A stretch of 64,000 nt of DNA from Bacteroidota bacterium (GCA_021794075.1 JAJYRM010000009.1:2523-66522); one strand, 5' to 3'. Counted from the first letter of the stretch, positions 37,798 through 47,642 are shown. Numbers and translations: made by a program. The notes: generated from the letters alone by a model not told the origin.

Positions 37798-39360
37798 ATG
37801 TCTGAGGAGGCAGTTCGGCTTCAAGATAAATATATCGTCGATCCGGCTCACGCGCCGGGCGTGAAACTGGTGAAGGCGTTCTCGAACGCTTTCAAAAACG
37901 TAATCGCAACAGCCCGGACGTGTTATTCATCTAAAGGTATTATCGAAGATGAAACTGTCGACGTGGAGAAATATGCCGACCTGGCAAGAAGTATTTACGA
38001 TGCCGGTCACCACACCACTTTTCAGCATGCCGCATTTCAATTCGAGCTGTCAAATGTGTCGAGACAGTTCCTCTGGTCATTTCTTCACTCACACCCTTTC
38101 TACAATTCTGAGCAAGTCAGCCAGAGGTACGTGGAAGTTAAAGAAGGAAATTTCTTCATCCCTTCGCTAAAGGGTGAGGCCTTGGACATTTATCTGAAGG
38201 CTGTGGCAAGACAGCACGAGGCATACAGACAACTGGTTGACCTCCTTGCAAAGCCCGCGGCAGACGAGTATTTCAAGAGATTTCCGCGGAGGATAGGCGA
38301 TAAACGCTTTTCCGGAGAGATCAAGAAAAAGGCGCAGGAAATAGCAAGATACGTCCTACCGGTTGCTACCTTTTCTTACCTGTATCATACCGTTAGCGGC
38401 TTAACCCTCCTTCGGTACGCGAAGATGCAAAACGCAGGCGATACCTCTCCCGAGCAGAGGCGGGTAGTCAGCATGATGGTAGACGAGCTTCTCAAATTTG
38501 ATCCGAACTATAGAATAGTTCTTGAGGAGCCTCTTGATGAAAAGTCCTTCGTTGAGTACGAGTACAGGAATTCTGGAGTCGGTTCGAAATTCATCGAGGA
38601 GTTCGACAAGGACCTGGAAGGACATACTTCAAGGCTCGTCGATTACAAGAGCAATTCTCAGAAAGTAATCGCGGATGCGGTCAGGGAGGTATTGGGCGTC
38701 ACTTCCGCCGAGCTATCCGATTCGGAAGCGATAGACATCGCCATCAATCCCGCGAGGAATAAAGTATTGGGAAACTCTATAGTGCTGACGACACACGATA
38801 AGATTTCCCGCGTCCTGTATCATGCATCTTACACATTCAAGAAAAAGCTCAGCCACACGGCGGACTCGCAGGACCAGCGCCACAGGATGACTCCGGCGTC
38901 GAGGCCCATTATCGCGGAACACCTGCGCGAAGATCCGGATTATATCATGCCGGCCCTGGTCCGCATGGAGAACGAGGCGGAGAGCCTTTACTCAGAGACC
39001 ATGAAATTCACCTGGGATTCCATAAACAAACTTGTCTCGCTTGGAGTGGACAAGGAGTCCGCGGCGTATCTCTTGCCAAACGCCTTTCCGATTAGATTCA
39101 CTGAGTCAGCGGATCTTTTGAACCTTCATCACAAAATCGAGATGCGGCTCTGCTACAATGCGCAGGAAGAGATCTGGAGAGCGTCGCTTGATGAGGTGGA
39201 GCAGATCAAGAAGATTCATCCTGGCTTGGGAAGCTATCTCTTGCCGCCTTGCAGCATAAGGCTTCTCGCGGGGACAAAACCATTCTGCCCTGAAGGGAAG
39301 CGGTACTGCGGCGTTCCGGTCTGGAAGCTGGACACTTCGGAGTACGATAGGACGATTTGA
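37798..39360 (+). CDS. thyX: FAD-dependent thymidylate synthase, tandem two-domain form
   Basis: ARTCYS, GHHT-x2-QH, SQRYV, ARYVLP in domain 1; QRHR, AAYLLPNA, RLCYNAQEEI in domain 2. Confidence 0.85.
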   Translation: MSEEAVRLQDKYIVDPAHAPGVKLVKAFSNAFKNVIATARTCYSSKGIIEDETVDVEKYADLARSIYDAGHHTTFQHAAFQFELSNVSRQFLWSFLHSHPFYNSEQVSQRYVEVKEGNFFIPSLKGEALDIYLKAVARQHEAYRQLVDLLAKPAADEYFKRFPRRIGDKRFSGEIKKKAQEIARYVLPVATFSYLYHTVSGLTLLRYAKMQNAGDTSPEQRRVVSMMVDELLKFDPNYRIVLEEPLDEKSFVEYEYRNSGVGSKFIEEFDKDLEGHTSRLVDYKSNSQKVIADAVREVLGVTSAELSDSEAIDIAINPARNKVLGNSIVLTTHDKISRVLYHASYTFKKKLSHTADSQDQRHRMTPASRPIIAEHLREDPDYIMPALVRMENEAESLYSETMKFTWDSINKLVSLGVDKESAAYLLPNAFPIRFTESADLLNLHHKIEMRLCYNAQEEIWRASLDEVEQIKKIHPGLGSYLLPPCSIRLLAGTKPFCPEGKRYCGVPVWKLDTSEYDRTI

Positions 39361-39366
39361 GCGTAA

Positions 39367-40983
39367 ATGCTTAAAGTCTTCTACCTCCTCTCAGTCTTTT
39401 TCATAATGTTTGTAGTTACGGGCTACACCTATTACCGTCAGAAGCGCGGCGGCTACCTGGTGCTGCCGGGGTGGAAGTTCATACCTATCGGGCTTTTTTT
39501 TGTGACCGGGGGTATGGCTATGGAGGCAATCCACTCGCTGATCGCCGTGAACGGCGGGTGGGATCTTGCGTTTGAGATCGTTCAGAATTACGGGATGTAC
39601 CTCCCAGGCGTAGCTCTGGTCGGATTCGGCACTATCCGTGTGATACCCGCGATGGACGCTTACATCGCAAGTCTTGCGGACAAGAAGATCATGGACCAGA
39701 ATAAGATATTCACGAAGCACCTGCTGAAACTCCAGGAGAACAGCATGGCGCTCGCGTCGCCCGGAAGCGTCCAGGATGTTCTCCAAAGAATAGTGTCTAA
39801 CGCGCAGGAGGTGACCGGAGCATATTTTTCCGCGTTGCTGCTTTTCAATCCGCGCACCGATACTCTGAATTCTAGTTACTATGCGGGGAACGGGAGTGAT
39901 GTCCTTCAGAAGGTAGTCGATATTCTGGATATTGACCTGAGGAATATTGAACTTCCTGCCGAGAAGATCGACTTCTTGAGAAACATTGCGCGAGGAGGGA
40001 AGCCGTACTTTGGGACCGACATCGATGAGCTTCTTACCTTTTACGTAGGCGAAAGGGAAGTACCGGCATCGATAAGGAAGTGGGATCTGCAGAGATACGT
40101 GCTCGTGCCGCTGCAAGTCGACGGTGTTCCTGACGGACTCCTCTGCTATTTATTCAAATCGGCTGATTACTCCAGCGCGCTTCTCGAGCTTTTCGCGCAC
40201 CAATGCTCGCTCGCGCTCAGGAACGCTAGGCTGTTCGATGAGATGCAGCAAAATACTATCGCTCTCGAGATTCAGAGACGGAAGGCGGAAAACGCAAACA
40301 GATCTAAGACGGAGTTTCTTGCGAATATGAGCCACGAACTTCGCACGCCGCTTAATGCGATAATTGGTTTCAGTGAAATACTTCAAACCGACATGTCGGA
40401 AATGCCGCCCGAAATGGCGCGACAGTTTACGGAGAATATAAACAGGAGCGGGAGGCATCTGCTCGAACTTGTAAATGATCTTCTTGACCTATCGAGACTC
40501 GAAATCGGAAGGATGAGGCTCGAAAAGTCGCACTTCCAGTTGAAGGAGGAACTCCTGCAAGCTGTGAAAATAGTTGAGCCCATGGGGCTTGAAAAGAGCA
40601 TTCAGTTCGATACCGCGGTCGAAGATTCGATCTCCGAAGTTTACGCCGATCCGCAGAAACTACGACAAATAGTAATCAATCTTCTTTCAAATGCGGTGAA
40701 GTTCAGCCATCAGGACGGTACGATCAATCTGAAGGTTTGGCGGAATTCGAGTTCGCTCCATTTCTGCGTAGAAGATTTTGGGATGGGCATTAAGAAAGAA
40801 GACATCGACAGACTTTTCACGCCTTTCGAACAGCTGACCCAAAATCCATACGCGAAAAAGTACCGCGGGGTCGGGCTCGGATTGGCTCTTACGCGCAGAC
40901 TTGTTGAGCTTCACGGGGGAAGGGTTTGGGCGGAGAGCGAAGTTGGAAAAGGATCAAAATTTTATTTCACGTTGCCTCAATAA
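39367..40983 (+). CDS. Membrane GAF-domain sensor histidine kinase
   Basis: About 3 TM, GAF domain, FLANMSHELRTPLNAI, NLLSNAVKF, GVGLGL. Confidence 0.92.
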   Translation: MLKVFYLLSVFFIMFVVTGYTYYRQKRGGYLVLPGWKFIPIGLFFVTGGMAMEAIHSLIAVNGGWDLAFEIVQNYGMYLPGVALVGFGTIRVIPAMDAYIASLADKKIMDQNKIFTKHLLKLQENSMALASPGSVQDVLQRIVSNAQEVTGAYFSALLLFNPRTDTLNSSYYAGNGSDVLQKVVDILDIDLRNIELPAEKIDFLRNIARGGKPYFGTDIDELLTFYVGEREVPASIRKWDLQRYVLVPLQVDGVPDGLLCYLFKSADYSSALLELFAHQCSLALRNARLFDEMQQNTIALEIQRRKAENANRSKTEFLANMSHELRTPLNAIIGFSEILQTDMSEMPPEMARQFTENINRSGRHLLELVNDLLDLSRLEIGRMRLEKSHFQLKEELLQAVKIVEPMGLEKSIQFDTAVEDSISEVYADPQKLRQIVINLLSNAVKFSHQDGTINLKVWRNSSSLHFCVEDFGMGIKKEDIDRLFTPFEQLTQNPYAKKYRGVGLGLALTRRLVELHGGRVWAESEVGKGSKFYFTLPQ

Positions 40984-42968
40984 TGGAATCAAAGAAATAC
41001 ACTATTAAGAAAAGCGTAGTCGGCGAAGCTGAACGGCGCGTCTTCAAGATAAACTACGAGCGGGATCTTAACCCGGATCAGCTCGAAGTCGTCAGGACCA
41101 TAGACTGCCCGGTTCTGGTCATCGCCGGAGCCGGCACAGGCAAGACAAAGACACTCATATATCGCGTCGCTTACCTCGTGGAGCTCGGGGGAAATCCACG
41201 TTCGATACTTCTCCTGACGTTCACGAGAAAAGCGGCGGATGAGATGCTGAAAAGAGCGGCTTCGCTCCTTAAGTCAGCTTCTGCAGAACAGGTCGCCGGC
41301 GGGACATTCCATTCGTTTGCGAATATGACACTCCGGCAGCATGCAAAGGTGCTCGGATACGGCGAGCAATTCACCATCCTGGACGACTCGGACGCTGCGG
41401 ATGTCGTGAATCTACTGAGGACCAGGCTACGTCCGGAAAAGAAATCGCAGCGTTTCCCGAAGAAGGAGACTTTGATCGATCTATACAGCAAGTCCGAGAA
41501 CACGCTCACACCGATCGAGGAAATCGTCTTCAAGGAGTACCCTCGGTTCATAGAACAAATGGAAGATATACTCAAACTGAAGCGGCAGTTCGATGAATAC
41601 AAGCGCAAGTACAACCTCATGGATTACGACGATCTCCTGAAGAACCTCAAGGAGCTCCTCTCTCAAAACGAATCACTACGGAAAACGGTCGCCGGAAAAT
41701 TCAACTACGTCATGGTCGATGAGTTTCAGGATACCAACAAGGTTCAGGGAGAAATCGTCAGGCTCCTCGGGATGGATAAAGAAAACGTCATGGTTGTGGG
41801 GGACGACGCGCAGAGTATCTACTCCTTTCGCGGGGCAAACTTCAGAAACATTTTTGAATTTCCTAACTACTTCCCGGGCTGCAAGGTGATCAAACTGACT
41901 GAGAATTACCGTTCCACGCAAGGCATACTCAATTTCACGAACAAGGTGATCGAAGCGGCAAAAGAGAAATTCGATAAAGAGTTGTACTCCAGAAAGAAGG
42001 CGGGCGACAAGCCCGTCATCGTTGCTGCGGAAACGGAAAATGTGCAGTCGAAGTTTGTCGTGCAGCGCATTCTGGAACTCCGGGAGGCGGGCATTACCTT
42101 GAACGATATCGCCGTCCTCTTCCGGTCTTCGTATCTCTCCTTTGACCTTGAGATAGAACTGACGCGGGCCAACATCCCATACGTGAAATTCGGAGGCATG
42201 AAGCTTGTCGACGCGGCACACATCAAGGACATAATCTCATTCCTGCGGGTGATCGAGAATCCGCGCGACGCTGTCGGATGGCACAGGATACTTCTTCTGC
42301 ATCCCGGCGTCGGCCCGAGAATAGCCGAAAAGATATTGGATAACCTGACGAGCCAGAGAGCGGAAAACATTCCAGCCCCGGAGGAGCATGAAGCGAAGAT
42401 ACCTTCAAGCGCGGAGGAACTCATCGGCTTCATTTCAGAAGAGGGGAGAAGGAAGTCACAGCCTGTGGAATATGTTGAATCGGTGCTGCGCTATTATCAG
42501 CCTCTCATGCAGAGTAAATACGACGACTACTCCAAGCGGCAGAAAGACCTTGAGATGTTCGCGTCGATTGCGGAGAGGTACAAATCGCTGCAGAGCTTCC
42601 TCTCGGATCTGGCGCTGGAACCACCGACAGAGAGCGTTGTGGATCTCGGCGAAAAAGACAAGAAGGAAGAACAGATTACAATCTCGACAATTCACTCCGC
42701 TAAGGGTCTGGAATGGAACAGCGTTTTCGTCATCTGGGCGCTCGACGGGAAGTTCCCGTCGATGTATGCCACCGACGACGACGACGCGATCGAAGAGGAA
42801 AGGAGGTTGATGTACGTCGCCTGCACGCGCGCGAAGGACAACCTCTACATCACATATCCGATGAATACTTACGACCGCGAGAGCGGAAGGATATTCACTA
42901 AACCGAGCAGGTTCATCGATGTGGTGCCGCAGGATTTTTATGAGAAATGGAATCTCGTGTTTGAATAG
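40983..42968 (+). CDS. UvrD/PcrA/Rep superfamily 1 DNA helicase
   Basis: AGAGTGKT, LTFTRKAA, VDEFQDTN, VGDDAQSIYSFRGA, NYRST, TIHSAKGLEW, EERRL-x-YVA-x-TRA; TAATG coupling. Confidence 0.95.
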   Translation: MESKKYTIKKSVVGEAERRVFKINYERDLNPDQLEVVRTIDCPVLVIAGAGTGKTKTLIYRVAYLVELGGNPRSILLLTFTRKAADEMLKRAASLLKSASAEQVAGGTFHSFANMTLRQHAKVLGYGEQFTILDDSDAADVVNLLRTRLRPEKKSQRFPKKETLIDLYSKSENTLTPIEEIVFKEYPRFIEQMEDILKLKRQFDEYKRKYNLMDYDDLLKNLKELLSQNESLRKTVAGKFNYVMVDEFQDTNKVQGEIVRLLGMDKENVMVVGDDAQSIYSFRGANFRNIFEFPNYFPGCKVIKLTENYRSTQGILNFTNKVIEAAKEKFDKELYSRKKAGDKPVIVAAETENVQSKFVVQRILELREAGITLNDIAVLFRSSYLSFDLEIELTRANIPYVKFGGMKLVDAAHIKDIISFLRVIENPRDAVGWHRILLLHPGVGPRIAEKILDNLTSQRAENIPAPEEHEAKIPSSAEELIGFISEEGRRKSQPVEYVESVLRYYQPLMQSKYDDYSKRQKDLEMFASIAERYKSLQSFLSDLALEPPTESVVDLGEKDKKEEQITISTIHSAKGLEWNSVFVIWALDGKFPSMYATDDDDAIEEERRLMYVACTRAKDNLYITYPMNTYDRESGRIFTKPSRFIDVVPQDFYEKWNLVFE

Positions 42969-43076
42969 GGCGTTTTGATCGACCACCTCCGTTAGTTACA
43001 GCTTTCCAGCCAATGTTTCCTCCCATAGTATCGATGATGGCTGGCGCTAATTTTTGGGCTTCGCTCGGCGGGGAGG

Positions 43077-43928
43077 TTATCGGTCGAGAAGTTCGGACGC
43101 GAGGAGTCCGGCCAATATCAGCGCGCCTCCTACGGCGCCGACCCAGCCGACGAATTCCCCGAACGCGAAATACGCTATCACGTTTGCGAGGACGGGCTCC
43201 ATCGAATAAATTATCGCGGCCCTGACAGGAGTGGTGTCGCGCTGATATTTTGTCTGGAGATAAGTGGCGAAGACAGTTGCGAGTATCGATGTGTAAAGAA
43301 GCGCCCATAAGAGTCCTGTCGTGAGGTGAACCTGCATCGTCTCGAAATATGGGGCTACTGTAATTGCGAGCATCGCGGTAAAGGCAAGCTGAAGTAGTGT
43401 CAACTTTGACACATCGTATTTTTTCGAGAAGATGTCGAGATAGACGATGTAGATCGCGTATGAGATTGCGCAGAAGAATGTAAGCAGGTCCCCGATGTTG
43501 AAGCCCTGTCCTCCCGGTGACGTGAGTAGATAAAGACCTACGGCTACCAGCGCGACTCCGATCATGTTGGCCCTCGACGGCATTCGCTTCTCTATCACGG
43601 CCTGGGCGATTGGGGTGAAGGCGACGAGTAGACCTGTGATAAATGCCGATTTGGAAGCTGTGGTGTATTTTAGCCCGACGGTTTGGAACGCGAATCCGAT
43701 CATCAGTAAAAAGCCAAGGAATAGTCCGACCTTGAAGGTCCCCTTGTCCATTGACAGGTAATCTCTTCTGTAAATAAGCGGAAAGATGATCGCGGCGATG
43801 CCGAAGCGGAGCGCGAGAAAGGTCAGGGGAGATGCGTCCGTTAGGGCGAACTTCACGACAGCGAAAGTTCCTCCCCAGATGAGCGTGATGGAAAGAAGTA
43901 TGAGCTCGGCTTTATGAGAGCGTGACAT
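43077..43928 (-). CDS. DMT/EamA family transporter
   Basis: About 10 TM; IWGGTF, RF, FQTVGL-x-YT-x-ASKSAFITGL, EPV. Confidence 0.92.
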   Translation of the reverse strand: MSRSHKAELILLSITLIWGGTFAVVKFALTDASPLTFLALRFGIAAIIFPLIYRRDYLSMDKGTFKVGLFLGFLLMIGFAFQTVGLKYTTASKSAFITGLLVAFTPIAQAVIEKRMPSRANMIGVALVAVGLYLLTSPGGQGFNIGDLLTFFCAISYAIYIVYLDIFSKKYDVSKLTLLQLAFTAMLAITVAPYFETMQVHLTTGLLWALLYTSILATVFATYLQTKYQRDTTPVRAAIIYSMEPVLANVIAYFAFGEFVGWVGAVGGALILAGLLASELLDR

Positions 43929-44838
43929 ATCCTTTGAATAATCGAATCAATTCAGATTTATAGAGGATTGCTATCACAAAAACGACGAACAAGATGGTAT
44001 TCACAATCATGGCTTTGTCGGTAAGCAGCGCTTTTGTCGGATTCTCTCCGAGCCCGGTCTTATGAACAAGGTAGAGATACCTGAATACGCCGTAAGTCAC
44101 GAAGATCGTCGTAAAGATCATGGCTTCGGTATGAAACGCGTGAACCGTCCGCTCGGAAACAGTGTAAAGAGCGTATGCTATTATAACGCTCGCGGCTGAT
44201 ATGGAAAGTATCTGGTCAATGAGTCCAAGGTCGTAATCCGAGAGTACCTTCCTAGTCGTCTCATCGATGCCCTTTGTCACGAGAACAAACTCGCTCCTGC
44301 GCTTTGCCACGGCAAGGAATATGGATAGAAAGAGCGTTGTCATGATAAGCCAGCTCGATACGTTCACATCAATAGCGTAACCGCCCGCGAGTATCCTGAG
44401 GATGAAACCTGACGCTATTACAAAAAGATCTATCAGCACGATACGCTTCAGCCCGAAAGAGTACAGAATGTTAATAGCAACGTAACCTAATATGACAAAG
44501 CTGACCGCTAGAGCGGAGCTGATGAGAGCAAGGAAGAATAGTGACAGGGCGAATAATAGAATAGAAAGCGCCCACCCCTCTGTTATCCCGACCCTCTCGG
44601 CGGCAATCGGACGACTGCGCTTAATGGGATGTATTTTGTCGAACTCTTTGTCCGCGATGTCATTTAGGACGTAGACCGCGGAGGCCGCGAGAGAGAAGGC
44701 TGCGAACGCGAGCATCGATCTATAAAATAAGCCGATAACAAGGAGATTCTTTGAAAAGATGAGAGGAACAAAGACGAAAGCGTTCTTCACCCACTGGTAG
44801 GGTCTCATCAGTCTGATGTAGTCTTTAATTCGCTTCAT
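43912..44838 (-). CDS. UbiA family decaprenyl-phosphate phosphoribosyltransferase-like protein
   Basis: RPYQWVKN, Y-x2-ND-x2-D-x3-D-x2-HP-x-KR-x-RPIA, YS-x2-LK, KRRSE. Confidence 0.9.
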   Translation of the reverse strand: MKRIKDYIRLMRPYQWVKNAFVFVPLIFSKNLLVIGLFYRSMLAFAAFSLAASAVYVLNDIADKEFDKIHPIKRSRPIAAERVGITEGWALSILLFALSLFFLALISSALAVSFVILGYVAINILYSFGLKRIVLIDLFVIASGFILRILAGGYAIDVNVSSWLIMTTLFLSIFLAVAKRRSEFVLVTKGIDETTRKVLSDYDLGLIDQILSISAASVIIAYALYTVSERTVHAFHTEAMIFTTIFVTYGVFRYLYLVHKTGLGENPTKALLTDKAMIVNTILFVVFVIAILYKSELIRLFKGYVTLS

Positions 44839-44984
44839 GCCATCGTCATTAGGTCAGTGAACTCAATTTAGTCAAAGGCGACATTGCGAAACAAATTTTG
44901 TGTTCAAAGAGTACCTGTGTAGAAACCATCTCGCGTGTCGTCCCATGGAACGAGTGGTCGACGTTTTCGGCATTCTTTCTGACA

Positions 44985-45013
44985 TTGTTAATTCCACCAT
45001 AGGAAAATATATT
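44985..45013 (+). promoter_or_regulatory. Putative sigma70 promoter, leaderless-type, of the TauE gene
   Basis: TTGTTA-N17-TATATT-N5-ATG(45019). Confidence 0.55.
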
Positions 45014-45018
45014 AATAA

Positions 45019-45903
45019 ATGCTTACTGAATTCATATTCTTGTTCCTCGTCGCCATCTTCGCAGGCTTTTTCGGCGCCCTCGTCGGAATCGGAGGTGGCG
45101 TAATCATAGTCCCAGCGTTAACTCTCTTGTTCCATCTTCCTATACACATGGCAATTGCGGCCAGCATAGTTTCCGTAATAGCCACTTCGATAGCGGGCGC
45201 GCGATCATATGTAGATCAGCAGATCACGAATGTTCGCCTTGGAATGTTCCTTGAAATTTCTACGACCGGAGGCGCGCTGATCGGTGCGCTAATCGGCGTG
45301 CTCATGCACGGTTACGTACTCAGCCTCATCTTTGGCGCTCTAATCTTCTACATGGCCATAATGTCTTATCGGAGCAGAAACAAGGAAGAGAAGATGATCG
45401 ATTCCGGCGCTTATGATGCGATGCAACTTGATGGCGTCGCAAAAAAACTTCAACTCGAAGGCACTTACCACGACGTGGCTCTCGGCCGCGATGTCAAGTA
45501 CAATGCTACGAAACCAATAGCGGGAAGCCTCGTGGCTTCGCTTGCCGGAGTCGGTTCAGGACTGCTTGGAATAGGCGGCGGCGTTATCAAAGTCGCCGCG
45601 ATGAATACAATGATGAGCATACCGATGAAGGCCTCTGTCGCCACGAGCAAGTTCATGATTGGTGTCACCGCTGCGACGAGCGCGGTGGTCTATTTCATTG
45701 CCGGAGGTATTAACGTGTTCGTCGTCGCGCCTGTAGCTTTGGGTACGATGCTCGGTGCAACCGGCGGAAGCATAGTCATGAACAAGCTCCACAGTAAGGT
45801 GATAAAAATGATCTTCTTTCTCCTGATGATTTACCTCGGGTACGAAATGATTGCCAAGGGGTTGTCTATGGGATATAACATTAATTTACCGGGACTAATG
45901 TAA
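45019..45903 (+). CDS. Sulfite exporter TauE/SafE family protein
   Basis: Duplicated G-x-GGG motifs (VGIGGG, LGIGGG), SVIATS, ATS-x-FMIGVT. Confidence 0.92.
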   Translation: MLTEFIFLFLVAIFAGFFGALVGIGGGVIIVPALTLLFHLPIHMAIAASIVSVIATSIAGARSYVDQQITNVRLGMFLEISTTGGALIGALIGVLMHGYVLSLIFGALIFYMAIMSYRSRNKEEKMIDSGAYDAMQLDGVAKKLQLEGTYHDVALGRDVKYNATKPIAGSLVASLAGVGSGLLGIGGGVIKVAAMNTMMSIPMKASVATSKFMIGVTAATSAVVYFIAGGINVFVVAPVALGTMLGATGGSIVMNKLHSKVIKMIFFLLMIYLGYEMIAKGLSMGYNINLPGLM

Positions 45904-46298
45904 TGGCCATTGACGAAAAACATCTCGAAGCAGAGATTCAGGATATCAACAAGATTGTGTCGATAATACTTGCGACAGGAATGTACACGACGATGTTCTT
46001 CTACATATTCGGGTTGATACTGGTTTTCGCGAGGGGAACTCCGATCCCAAGGCTTTCGCAGCAGTATTTCCACTCCTTTGGTGATTTTTTCGCGGCGTTG
46101 TTTTCTCTTCATGCTCGGGCGTTCTTGTATCTTGGAACAATCACGTTGATCCTTACGCCGGTAAGTCGGGTCATTATTTCGATCTTTGCCTTTCGAAGGG
46201 AAAAGGACTACAAATACGTCGGGGTTACCACAATAGTATTCCTGATTATACTCGTGAGCGTGATTGTTGGGAGTGTCTTCAAGATAAGCGTTGGCTGA
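45903..46298 (+). CDS. DUF1634 membrane protein
   Basis: LILTPVSRV...EKD-x2-Y; typical TauE partner; TAATG coupling. Confidence 0.85.
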   Translation: MAIDEKHLEAEIQDINKIVSIILATGMYTTMFFYIFGLILVFARGTPIPRLSQQYFHSFGDFFAALFSLHARAFLYLGTITLILTPVSRVIISIFAFRREKDYKYVGVTTIVFLIILVSVIVGSVFKISVG

Positions 46299-46344
46299 TT
46301 GTCAGGCTTTTGTGGGGAGAGGGATTTCGGGGTAAACATCTAAA

Positions 46345-46373
46345 TTGATTTTGAAGTCCGGATGTTGTAAAAT
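46345..46373 (+). promoter_or_regulatory. sigma70 promoter of the sppA operon
   Basis: TTGATT-N17-TAAAAT. Confidence 0.65.
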
Positions 46374-46397
46374 CTTGAGTCATTAAGACTTACACTG

Positions 46398-47291
46398 ATG
46401 AAAGAATCTACAAAAATTTTCCTTTGGGTGATCGGCTTAGTTCTCGGCGCCAGTGTCGTGATAGCGGTGATCGTGCTTGCGACCGGCGGCGGCGAGAACG
46501 ATTATGACCTATCCGGATCGGGGGCAAAAGTAGCAGTTGTAAGCCTGAGGGGAACGATAATGTCATCGAGAGACATTGTTTCGACGCTGCAAGCTTACGC
46601 AGAAAACAGCAGCGTGAAAGCGATAGTTCTCAGAGTGGATTCACCCGGCGGCGGCGTTGCGGCAAGCCAGGAACTTTTCGAAGAAGTAAGATCCATCCGT
46701 GACACTATCAAGCCGATTGTGGTCTCGATGGGATCCATAGCGGCGAGCGGTGGATATTATGTTAGCTGTGGCGCGACAAGGATCGTCGCGAACCCTGGAA
46801 CGATCACCGGAAGCATAGGCGTTATCGCGATGTTTCCGAATTACGCGAAATTAATGGAGAAGCTCGGGCTCCAGATGGACGTTATCAAAAGTGGAAAGTA
46901 CAAGGATTCAGGCTCTCCTTTCAGAGCGATGACTAAATCAGACAAGAAATATTTCCAGGGTGTGGTAGAAAACAGTTTCGACCAGTTTCTGGGCACGGTT
47001 GCCAAAGAGAGGAAACTTCCGATCGACAAGTTGAGAAAGTTTGCTGACGGTCGTGTGTTCACGGGCGAACAAGCGCTGAAGCTCGGACTTGTCGACACAC
47101 TCGGCTCGCTTGACGACGCCATATCTATTGCGGCAAGACTCGGTGGCATCAATGGAAAGCCAGTAGTCGTGGAGCCGAGAAATCGTAAGAGCCTCGTAGA
47201 CATGATCCTGGGTGATTTTGCCGAGAAGTTTCATTTCTTCGAGAGAGACTTTATCGAGCAACCGATACTTCAATACAGATTCGCGCAATAG
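46398..47291 (+). CDS. sppA: Signal peptide peptidase SppA (36K type, S49)
   Basis: LRVDSPGG, AASGGYY, TGSIGV, KSGKYKD, DGRVFTG. Confidence 0.95.
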   Translation: MKESTKIFLWVIGLVLGASVVIAVIVLATGGGENDYDLSGSGAKVAVVSLRGTIMSSRDIVSTLQAYAENSSVKAIVLRVDSPGGGVAASQELFEEVRSIRDTIKPIVVSMGSIAASGGYYVSCGATRIVANPGTITGSIGVIAMFPNYAKLMEKLGLQMDVIKSGKYKDSGSPFRAMTKSDKKYFQGVVENSFDQFLGTVAKERKLPIDKLRKFADGRVFTGEQALKLGLVDTLGSLDDAISIAARLGGINGKPVVVEPRNRKSLVDMILGDFAEKFHFFERDFIEQPILQYRFAQ

Positions 47292-47303
47292 AAAGGGGAG
47301 ATA

Positions 47304-47642
47304 ATGAGCGTTACTAAAGCAGACATTGTTGAAGAAATTGCACTGCAGACCGGCCTGACAAAAATTGAAACGCAGGCTGTGGTTGAAGGTTTTCTGGCTT
47401 CCGTTAGAAATGCTCTCGCGGAAGGAAAGGCGATCGAAATAAGAGGGTTCGGTAGTTTCAAGATTCGAAAAAGAAAAGGTCGGATGGCGCGTAATCCGAA
47501 GACAGGCCAGGCTTATCCGGTGAAAGAGCAGTATGTCCCATACTTCAAGGTATCAAAGGAGTTCAAGGCTTTTGTTGATGAGCATCTTGGCAAAGAAGTG
47601 CAGGGGGAAAAGGGAAACGTTGAGGAGGCTGCCCAGGGATGA
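47304..47642 (+). CDS. HU/IHF family DNA-binding protein
   Basis: TKADIV, IRGFGSF, ARNPKTG, P-x-FK-x-SK. Confidence 0.95.
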   Translation: MSVTKADIVEEIALQTGLTKIETQAVVEGFLASVRNALAEGKAIEIRGFGSFKIRKRKGRMARNPKTGQAYPVKEQYVPYFKVSKEFKAFVDEHLGKEVQGEKGNVEEAAQG

